A DNA stretch of 63,767 nt, the filler included, from Octopus bimaculoides (taxonomy: Eukaryota), in the NCBI RefSeq assembly GCF_001194135.2. It is 7 parts of 6 records of this genome, joined end to end, with 100 filler letters (N's around TTAATTAATTAA, not from the genome) between each part and the next. Parts side by side here need not be neighbours in the genome. Positions count along the whole stretch, not along the records: positions 43,508 to 52,384 come from NC_068987.1; positions 52,485 to 59,187 come from NC_068996.1; positions 59,288 to 62,576 come from NC_068988.1; 4 more parts are not named here. One strand, given 5' to 3'. The position numbers were made by a program, and so were the translations under genes. The notes below the pieces were generated by a model. It did no database searches and was not told where the DNA came from. It worked only from the letters and a program-made list of their open reading frames with translations. Positions 51,520 through 60,730 of this stretch are shown here, piece after piece; within the stretch, counting starts at the first letter, position 1; each line of letters begins with the position of its first letter.

Positions 51520-52147
51520 TAAATAATAAGGGTGAAAAATTGAATATTAATTTGATTAATATCAATTTAAAACCAGTGGCCTAGCATACTGAAAAATCTG
51601 AAGATTCAGAAAAATTATATTACATACATAAAAGAGGGATGACTACTAAGTGGAGATCTATTATGCTAGAAGAAGACCACTAAGAAAAGATTGTTCTCAA
51701 GAAAATTCAGCAAACGCCAGAACGTAAGCGAGCAAGACAAATGAAAAGATACAAAATATAAAGATTTATCACAAACCCGGTTTCATTGTTACCGCTTACG
51801 TAATTACTTACGTAAATGTCCGCAATTCATCAGTGAGATCGTCATAGCAATATAATTTGCAGAACTATACACGAAACATCCGCATGAGATTGAACATGTA
51901 TATAGTTCTACCAATTACATTTGGCGTTATATTTCAAAAGTCTTCGTTTTGGCGCGCCAAAATACCGGAAATAATTCTGCAGAAAATAATTCTCTGCAGT
52001 AAATTTTGCCGGTTAGAGAACATGGTAATTTAATTTAAATAATAAGGGTGAAAATTTTGAATATTAATTTGATTAATATCAATTTAAAACCATTGGCCTA
52101 GCATATTGAAAAATCTGAAGATTCAGAAAAATTATATCACATACATA
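51520..52147 (-). mobile_element. Non-coding element with ~110-bp direct terminal repeats and an internal hammerhead (PLE pLTR/retrozyme-like)
   Basis: 51520-51630 matches 52036-52147 with few differences (period 516). Hammerhead at 51768-51839. Confidence 0.7.
51768..51839 (-). ncRNA. Type-I hammerhead ribozyme motif
   Basis: ATCTCA CTGATGA ATTG...TTACGTAAgtaaTTACGTAA...CAAT GAA ACCGGGT T TGTGAT. Stem I 5/6 bp; stem III close to palindromic ACCGGT. Confidence 0.65.
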
Positions 52148-52154
52148 TAAGACG

Positions 52155-52183
52155 AACACAGACACAAACATATACACACACAT

Positions 52184-52216
<33 letters not shown>

Positions 52217-52384
52217 CATATATACGACGGGCTTCTTTCAGTTTCCGTCTACCAAATCCACTCACAAGGCTTTGGTCGGCCCGAGGCTATAGTAGAAGAG
52301 ACTTGTCCAAGGTGCCACGCAGTGGGAATGAACCCGGAACCATGTGGTTGGTAATCAAGCTACTTACCACACAGCCACACCTGT
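52155..52384 (-). mobile_element. SINE family A 5' half with tRNA-like head
   Basis: Minus strand GTGTGGCTGTGTGGTAAGTAGCTTG...GGTTCCGGGTTCATTCCCACTGCG (B-box-like), then the family core. Confidence 0.9.
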
Positions 52385-52879
52385 NNNNNNNNNNNNNNNN
52401 NNNNNNNNNNNNNNNNNNNNNNNNNNNNTTAATTAATTAANNNNNNNNNNNNNNNNNNNNNNNNNNNNNNNNNNNNNNNNNNNNTATATATATATATATA
52501 TATATATATTTATCCTCACACATACATATGTATACATAAATATATATAAATGTATATGTATATATTTCTTGAGCCCGAGGACTCATAAGGCCAGTTACCT
52601 GGTTTCCATGGCATATATAAGTAACCAAGATCACAACACTTTCTCTGGATGGGACACTGGCCAGTAGTATCAAGGGGAGGGAACAAGTCCATTACATTGA
52701 CCTTAAAACTCGTCTAGTACTTTATTTTATTGACCCTCAAGGGGATAACAGGTGAATTTGACCATGGCAGAATTTGAACTCAGAATATAAAAGGCCACAA
52801 GAAATGCCACTAAGACCAGTTTTTTTTTTTTAAGACAGAAAAGTAAGGTGTGTGTGTGCATACACACATACTTTTTACA

Positions 52880-53050
52880 GTGCCACATGAAAATCGGCCA
52901 AAACACTCTGTAAAGTATTAGGAAGGGTTTCCAGTTTTAGAAACCATATCAAAGCAGACATTGGTGCATAATACAGTCTTCTGGATCATCAGACCTTGTC
53001 AAACCATCCAGCTCATACCAACATAGAAGCCAAATATTAAATGATGATGA
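52880..53050 (+). mobile_element. RTE-tail short repeat, degenerate
   Basis: TTAGGAAGGGTTTCCAG..TAGAAAC...AAACCATCCAGCTCATACC...TTAAATGATGATGA. Confidence 0.6.
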
Positions 53051-53307
53051 CACACATGTATCTATATACTCCAAGTTCGTAAAGCATGTAAGGTAAAGAA
53101 TGTCAATTTCGGCCTGTATATGTGTGTACACGATCTTGTAGTAGTAAACAGATAAAGATAGGGTAATGTTACCGAGAAAAGAGATGAGCTAGTGAAAGTT
53201 GTATAGTGTGGGACATTGTGTCTCATAGTTGGCTGGTTGTAACTTTCTTTCTCCCTCTGGTCGTTTGTCTTTAGTGGCTGCCTGCTTGTGACCATGACTC
53301 TAGATGT

Positions 53308-53470
53308 CCGTTCACTAACTAATTGAGTTGTCACTAGCCTTCTTCGCTCTGTTGTCGCCAGGTGACTACTGCTCATTGAGTCGTCACCGACTGGTGACTA
53401 AACTGATTGAGTCGTCACTGACTGGTGACTAGACTAGTCGAGTCATCACCGTCTGGTGACTAAACTAACT
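53308..53470. repeat. 31-bp tandem array with palindromic unit
   Basis: ATTGAGTCGTCACCGACTGGTGACTAAACTG x3 (53375-53467) plus degenerate upstream copies. Confidence 0.85.
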
Positions 53471-54007
53471 TTTTCTTGGGGTTTCCTTGCTTTTATAACT
53501 ATCTAGAAGGATAGATATATTATCAAGAACAATAGTTTTAGTTGGTGGTCTTGTTATCTCTATTCTATCTTTTAGTGGAGTAGAAAAGGTTAGAAAGGGT
53601 CAAGTGGTGAAGACATTATTTCGGCCTAGCTAAAGGCATCTGGAAAATATTAAACTGTTGTCAGAGAAAAACTATTGTTCCACAGTGGGAAAAGTTCTGT
53701 TGCAGTGTTAATTTAAATTTGGCTATAGTGGATCGAATCCACTTCATGCATGCAAGATCCACTACATATATATATATATATANNNNNNNNNNNNNNNNNN
53801 NNNNNNNNNNNNNNNNNNNNNNNNNNNNNNNNNNNNNNNNNNNNNNNNNNNNNNNNNNNNNNNNNNNNNNNNNNNNNNNNNNNNNNNNNNNNNNNNNNNN
53901 NNNNNNNNNNNNNNNNNNNNNNNNNNNNNNNNNNNNNNNNNNNNNNNNNNNNNNNNNNNNNNNNNNNNNNNNNNATATATTCATGTATGTATCTGTTATT
54001 TTTTATT

Positions 54008-54332
54008 TTTTACTTGTTTCAGTCATTAGACTGCAGCCATGCTGAGGCTCCATCTTGAAGAATTTTTAGTTGAATGAATTGACCCCAGTACTTAATTTTT
54101 TGCTAAGCCTGATACTTATTCTGTTGGTTTCTTTTGCTGAACTGCTTTGTTACGGGTATGTAAACACACTAACACTGGATATCAAGTGGTAGTGAGGCAA
54201 AAATATAAAAATGCACATACATTGACCTTTATAAATATATATATATACATGATGGGCTTCTTCCAGTTTTCGTTTACCAAATCCACTTATAAGGCTTTGG
54301 TTGGTCTGAGGCTACAGTAGAAAACACTTGCT
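54008..54332 (-). mobile_element. SINE family A
   Basis: TACTTGTTTCAGTCATTAGACTGCAGCCATGCTG...GGGCTTCTTCCAGTTTTCG...AGGCTTTGG. Confidence 0.8.
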
Positions 54333-55051
54333 CCTATATATCTAGATAGACAGATACATAGATGTAGGTAGGTAGGTTGGTATAATAAGCCAAAATATAT
54401 ACAAGCAGTTACAAGGCATCAAATCATTTTATCACATATTGAAGAGAGAACAAAAATATAGCAGTAAACCAGGAAAGATCTGGAAGGTGAAAATTCAGCA
54501 TAGACAGGTAAACATATACCAGGATGAGATAGAAGAGAATTGAAGAAGATCTTATTGACCACAATAGGTAAGTAAAATTCATACAATTTCTCATGAAAAC
54601 TTTGCAAGTGATGGATAGGAAAGGTGCAGGTAGTACTTTACAGCTGTTTCTAGGAAGGCTGCATATTAGTAGCAGATCTGTGTAATTTTGCCTACCACAC
54701 AGAATGTTGTGAGAAATCAATCCTATCATCATCAGAAGAAGGTATAAAGCAGCAGGGAAAATAGAATATGTCTAGATAGTGAGGTAGATAGATCAATGGT
54801 CCAATTAGAACATTAACAACATGTACTGAAATAGAAATATTGACGAAATGTACCGGATGGTTTTTTTAAGGATACAGAGTCAGAAATACATATCTAAAAG
54901 AATGAGTTAATAGAAGGATATAAAAAGGAAGAGTGAGACTGGAGGGAGAAAGTAAGGGTGGGGAAGATATTAAAGAGATGGTAATGCGGAGTAGCACTGA
55001 CATAAAGTCAGGAAAAGGTGGGGGAGAATGGGAAAGAAAATGTAGAGAAGA

Positions 55052-55922
55052 TACATGGTGGTATCAAAAAGTTCCTGGACTGGTTCTGTAGCACACCAAC
55101 AGATGGTAGCACACAGTTGCATGCACAGAGACAACTAGCAGTGATCTTCATGAGGCAGTGTGCTGAGTGACATCGCTGTGTTTACTTCACATGTGAAATT
55201 TGTGTTTTTGAGAGATCACATGTATGCTGTAGTCTGTAATTTTGTCATGGATGAAAACAGCCAATGTGAAATTTTGCGTCAAACTTGGGAAGTCTGAGCA
55301 AGTTTATGGCAACGAAACAATGGGTCATAGACAATGTTTCAAGTGGCACAAATGCTTCAAAAGCAGAAGAACATCCCTGGAAGACAATGAACAATGTGGA
55401 AGATCTGCCACAAGCATTACCCCTGGAAATGTGGTACTGTGCTTCAAGGATTCATCCCCCAGGGCCAAACTATGAATCAAGGGTTCTATTGCAATGTTTT
55501 GATGCAGTTGATGGAAGACATTTAGCAATGTGACCAGATCTGTGGGGTACGAAAAATTGAATTCTTCATCAAGCTCTCCTCACTTGTGAGTTTCTTCCCA
55601 AAAACAACATGGTATCACTTCCACACCCACCCTATTCACCAGATTTAGCACCTGCAGATTTCCATCTCTTCCCCAAAATGAAAATGCAACTCAAATGTCA
55701 TTGTTTTAACACTTGTTGAAATCCATGGTGAATCACAGAAGGTCCTCCACTCATTTACAGAAAATGATTTCCAGGCTGGATTCCAAAAGTGACAGGAATG
55801 CTGGGACCAGTGTATTGCTGTGCAACTTGTCTATTTTGAAGGAGATGATGTTAAAGCTTAGAACAATATGTTTTTTTTTATTAAACATAACTAGTCTGGG
55901 AACCTTTTGATATCACCTCATA
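55052..55922 (+). mobile_element. mariner element with both TIRs, internally deleted transposase pseudogene
   Basis: TIRs TACATGGTGGTATCAAAAAGTTCCTGGACT and (reverse complement) TATGAGGTGATATCAAAAGGTTCCCAGACT with terminal TA. ANVKFCVKLGK...KWHKCFK...LEDNEQCGR; HPPYSPDLAPADFHLFPKMK. Confidence 0.93.
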
Positions 55923-55989
55923 AGTAAGAATAGTAGAGCTATGAAGGCATTGTGCTGGGTAGTTAATCTAGACACGTGATTAGCAACAG

Positions 55990-56480
55990 ATCGGTAGGAG
56001 TATGACAGAGTTAGATATCAAAGAGAGTATAAGAAATAAGGGCTTGGTTTTGTATAAGGCACTCTTTAAAGTGATGTTGGCACATCTAATCTCAAAACAT
56101 GGAATTTGTTGAGTTAAAGAAGAGAGCAATAAATTTAATACAGACATTAAATGATGGCTGTTGAGATAGAATCCATCAGTGTCAGTAATATAACAACTAA
56201 ATTTAGTTAATTACTTAATAAAATAAGTCTGAAGACAATAACTGAGTATAACATAAGGTTTGAAAGTAGAAAAAGTTATGGGTAAGTTAAAGGGGAAATA
56301 CAAACCTCACTAGTCAAATGGGTTAGCAGAATGTTGACCTATCCTAGACATGACATATACATCTATGGTTAAGCCAGAATGTCTTGAAGAATCAGGGAAT
56401 GCAAATGCTAATAGCTTCACTTTGGTAGTTCAAAAAGGCATTGGAGATTTTGCATTAAGGTTTTGATAGATTCTTTCCAA
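55990..56480 (+). mobile_element. Possible very old CR1-like 3' relic
   Basis: GLVLYKALFKVMLAHL and KKRAINLIQ loosely resemble LYKSLVRPHLEY and QRRATKLI. Confidence 0.3.
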
Positions 56481-56819
56481 CATAAATTGCAGGGAGCTCC
56501 TCTATTGGTTAGCTAGTAAGGTAAATGTTTTGTGTTTTGTAGAAGCAGATGAGCTAGTATGTGATAATAATTGACACTTAAAATTAATTGATGAGCTAAT
56601 ATATATACTTTAGTAGGGTTCTATTGATTGTTAAGGAAAGTGCATTTATACACTACTGCAGCAGTGGCCATTTAGGGGGAAGTTATCAGCCACGTTGCCT
56701 ATAACCAACCCTTACTTAATGTTGAAGTTTAAGCAATTGAATTGGTCTGAGCACTCATTGTACATACTTTTTATCTTTTTGTCCTTTGACACTTTCTTAC
56801 ATGCTCCTCTTTTTTAGTG

Positions 56820-58150
56820 TCTATTGTCCAAGTTGGCATGGGTTGGACAGTTTGACTAGGCCTGGTAAGCTGAGGGACTGCACCAGGCTCCCGTCAGATA
56901 TGACATGGTTTCTACAGCTGGATGCCCTTCCTAACACCAACCACTCCAAGAGTGAGAGTGTCATAAATGCTTTTATGTGCCACCAGTATGTGTGCCTGTT
57001 GCATGACATCAGTATCTGCCATGATTTCACTTGGCTTGATGGGTCTTCTTCTCAAGCACAGCATATTGCCAAAGCATCAATCATTTGCCATTGCCTCTGT
57101 GAGGCCCAATGCTCCAAGGGTGCTTTTTATGTGCCATCAGCATGGGTACCTGTTATGTGATTCTAATAACAGTGACAACTATGATTTCACTTGGCTTGAC
57201 AAGTCTTCTCAAACACAGTATATCACCAAAGTTCTTAGTCACTAGTCATTATCTCTGTGAGGCCCAACATTTGCAGATCATGTTTCACCACCTCATCTTA
57301 TGTCTTCCTAGGTCTCCCTGTTCCACAGCTTCCTTCCACTGGTAGAGATTGGCACTTTTTCACACAGCTATCCATACCCATATGCATCACATGATCCTAC
57401 CAATGCAGTTGTCTTTCTCGTATACCATGTCTGATGCCTCTTTTGCCTAACTTTTCTCTCCAGATGTTTACATTCTGTTGTACATGCACACTGACATTAC
57501 ACATCCAGCGAAGCATACTAGCTTCATCTTTGTCAAGTCTATGCATGTCCTCAGCAGCCACAGTCCATGTTTCATGTAGCATGGCCATTCACACACAGGC
57601 ATCATACAATCTGCCTCTCACTCTGAGGGAAAGGCCCTTTGTAATCAACAGAGCTAGGAGCTCTCTGAACTTTGCCCAACTTATTCTTATTCTAGCAGTT
57701 GTGCTCTCAAAGCATCCACTGCAGCTACTGACTTGGTCACTTAGGTAATGGACCCTATCAGCTACTTCTAGTTTCCTCCCTGGCAGAGAGTCTATTTTCT
57801 GTACATTTTTAGGGTTGATTGCACCTGTGCACCTTCCACACACAAAAACTAGTTTCCCTATTAACCCTCCTCTAATATTGCTGCCCCACTTATGTGTCCA
57901 TAGCTTATACCGAGTACATCGTATAGAATTTCTACCTATGCCTTTTCTACAGATCGAGTAGAGCCATTTACCTGAGGAGATTTGTGATTTGTCTGCTTTC
58001 CTACTTACTAAGACTTTGGCTTTTGCAAGGTTATTTCTAAGGACCTTTGATTCTAGACCTTGCTTGGACACCTGAAACTTCTTTAGTTCTGGTGGTGATT
58101 CAGCTATAAGAACAAGGTCATCAACATAGATGATTTCTGTTATTTTCTAG
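56820..58150 (-). mobile_element. RTE-clade LINE 3' part (RT end, Cys-rich insert, 3' UTR with ~154-bp duplication)
   Basis: IYVDDLVLIAES...NLAKAKVL...ICRKGIGRNSIRC..YKLWTHK...FVCGRC...ARIRISWAKFREL...RGRLYDACV...HETW...MLRWMC...RQLHW. Confidence 0.9.
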
Positions 58151-58175
58151 AGGACTATGTATGTATGAGTTTGTT

Positions 58176-58222
<47 letters not shown>

Positions 58223-58235
58223 GTATATGTATATA

Positions 58236-58745
58236 TCATCATCATCATCATCATCATTGTCATTTAACGTCCGCTTTCCATGCTGGCGTGGGTTGGACGG
58301 TTTGACTGAGGACTGGCGAGCCAGGAGGCTGCACCAGGCTCCAATCTGATCTGGCAACGTTTCTATAGCTGGATGCCCTTCCTATCGCCAACCACTCGGA
58401 GAGTATAGTGGATGCTTTTACATGCCACCGGCACAAGGGCCAGTCAGGTGGTTCTGGCAATGGCCACACTCAAAAGGTGTTTTTTACATGCTACCTGCAC
58501 GGGAGCCACTCTGGTGGCATTGGCAACAACCATGCTCGAATGTTGTTTTTCACATGCTACCAGCACAAGTGCCAGTAAGGCAACGCTGGCAACGATCACG
58601 CTCAAATGGCACTTTTTATATGCTATCAGCACGGGAGCCAATCGGCGGCCCTGGCAATGATCATGCTCAGATGTACTTTTAATGTTCCACTGGCACAAGT
58701 GCCAACCAGGCAGTACTGTCATCGGCCACGTCAGCGATTTTGATT
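58236..58745 (-). mobile_element. RTE-tailed short element with internal 66-bp minisatellite and (GAT)n tail
   Basis: 3' end CCAACCCACGCCAGCATGGAAAGCGGACGTTAAATG...(GAT)n, shared with 56820ff and 58957ff. Array at 58431-58735. Confidence 0.85.
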
Positions 58746-58956
58746 TTGTTAAATAACCACCTAAGGGATATTAAATATCTGAAGAATTTACTGGTTTTTA
58801 TTACCTATATCAATAACAATGTTATGAACTAACGCTCTTAACAAATAGGTAAATAAATAAAATAAATGTACAGTTTATCAATATAAAAATATAAATAAGA
58901 AATGGAAACCAAAACAATAAATCAAACAGTTAAATAATTTAATGATTTAATCATTC

Positions 58957-59187
58957 ATCATCATCATCATCATCGTTTAACGTCCGCTTTCCATGCTAGC
59001 ATGGGTTGGACGATTTGACTGAGGACTGGTGAAACCGGATGGCAACACCAGGCTCCAGTCTGATTTGGCAGAGTTTCTACAGCTGGATGCCCTTCCTAAC
59101 GCCAACCACTCAGAGAGTGTAGTGGGTGCTTTTACGTGTCACCCGCACGAAAACGGCCACGCTCGAAATGGTGTCTTTTATGTGCCA
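58957..59187 (-). mobile_element. RTE-tailed short element, second copy, running into gap
   Basis: Same 3' end and (GAT)n tail as 58236-58745. Confidence 0.85.
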
Positions 59188-59718
59188 NNNNNNNNNNNNN
59201 NNNNNNNNNNNNNNNNNNNNNNNNNNNNNNNTTAATTAATTAANNNNNNNNNNNNNNNNNNNNNNNNNNNNNNNNNNNNNNNNNNNNCATTCAAGAGTAA
59301 TACAACACTTCGCAAATATCTCCTTCGGGTAAAAACCACCAGTAGAAGAGAATATGACCAAAAACTGCGTGTACTCCATCCCATGCAGCTGTGGTAGGTT
59401 ATACAAAGGTGAAACATGTAGCCCCCTCAAAATAAGGGTAGAGGAACATCGCAAAGCTGTGACACGAGGAGATATTGATAAATCGGGTATAGCTGATCAT
59501 GTATGGAAAAATAGAGACCACCTTCCCCTGCAGGATGAAGTTAAAATAATAGACAGAGAACAGCACTGGAAAATACGATAGCTAAAAGAAGCAGCACATA
59601 TGGTAGGTCACAACAACCTCCTAAGCAGACAGAGTGCAGATATGAATAGCATATGGGAACCGGTATTAAGGAAGGATAGGAAAATATTAGATTTATAAGC
59701 CCTAAACTTCACTCCCAC

Positions 59719-59792
59719 GGGCACATGGCGTAGTGGTTAAGAGCGCGGCCTACTAACCCCAAGATTCCGAGTTCGATTCCAGACAGTGACCT
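59719..59792 (+). promoter_or_regulatory. tRNA-Arg-like head with Pol III A and B boxes inside the pLTR
   Basis: GGGCACATGGCGTAGTGGTTAAGAGCGCGGCCTACTAACCCCAAGATTCCGAGTTCGATTCC. A box TGGCGTAGTGG, B box GAGTTCGATTCC. Acceptor stem does not pair, so it is not a functional tRNA. Confidence 0.75.
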
Positions 59793-60656
59793 GAATAATA
59801 ATAATAACGTCGAATAATACCTTAGGAATGAGAACCCAAGTTCGAAATTTCCCCAAGACACCTGATGAAGGCTGAAATGTTGTGTTAACAACAAACAAGA
59901 TGAGGACAAATATCTGTCGAATGTAAATCATGTACATAATTCCTCATCTCTTGAATATAGAACTGTATTATCTAATCGGTAGGGAGCCGACATTAGACTT
60001 CAATGGGGACATATAGAGAAACTCCATCAAAAACTAGCTCGTCTTTCAAACCATCTAACTTTCCTGTGTAGATGTAGAGACTCAAAGCTAATACCACCTG
60101 GCTTGACTACAATGACACTAGTGGATTCATATAAAGCTAGAAGAGTAGCGGAAAGGGCAGGATATGTCCTCGTTCGTGAGAGGATCTATTACAACTGTTC
60201 GAAAAAAAAAACATCAACTAAATAACGAAATCAAAGAGAGGTTATCTTCATTACTTAGGAAAATAACGAGAGATGATGATAGAAAGAGAATCCAACAAGA
60301 TTTAGAAAATTGTACATGAAAGAATTTGAAATGGTGAAGACATGCCAGATAAAAAAGTTTATGAAACTCAAAGGTCTGTCAGCCACCTGTGAAAGCAGTA
60401 ATTAATAGAAGTAGCCGAAAGCTCTGAAGAAGCAGTACTTAACAAAGGTCTCAACTTTGCGACAACCATCAAGCGCATTCCATACTTGGACATAATTGCC
60501 CCGTAAAGATACCAAAAGCTCAGGGAGATGAACTAAAGTGGAAAGTGGGACAGGTACTGGAAAAAGCGAAACTTCCCAAGCCAAACATCACTAAGGAAGA
60601 AAAATTCGCTATCAAAAGACTACAGAGTGACAATTCCATAAAAAAGAAAAGCCCAC

Positions 60657-60730
60657 GGGCATATGGCGTAGTGGTTAAGAGCGCGGGCTACTAACCCCAA
60701 GATTCCGAGTTCGATTCCAGGCAGTGACCT
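60657..60730 (+). promoter_or_regulatory. Second tRNA-Arg-like head; this pLTR copy has lost its hammerhead
   Basis: GGGCATATGGCGTAGTGGTTAAGAGCGCGGGCTACTAACCCCAAGATTCCGAGTTCGATTCCAGGCAGTGACC. Confidence 0.75.

Noticed and set aside
53375-53467. CRISPR-like palindromic repeats
   Set aside because: No unique spacers, no cas genes, eukaryotic context.
59719-59792. Functional tRNA gene
   Set aside because: Acceptor stem does not pair and the sequence is embedded in a repeated retroelement module.
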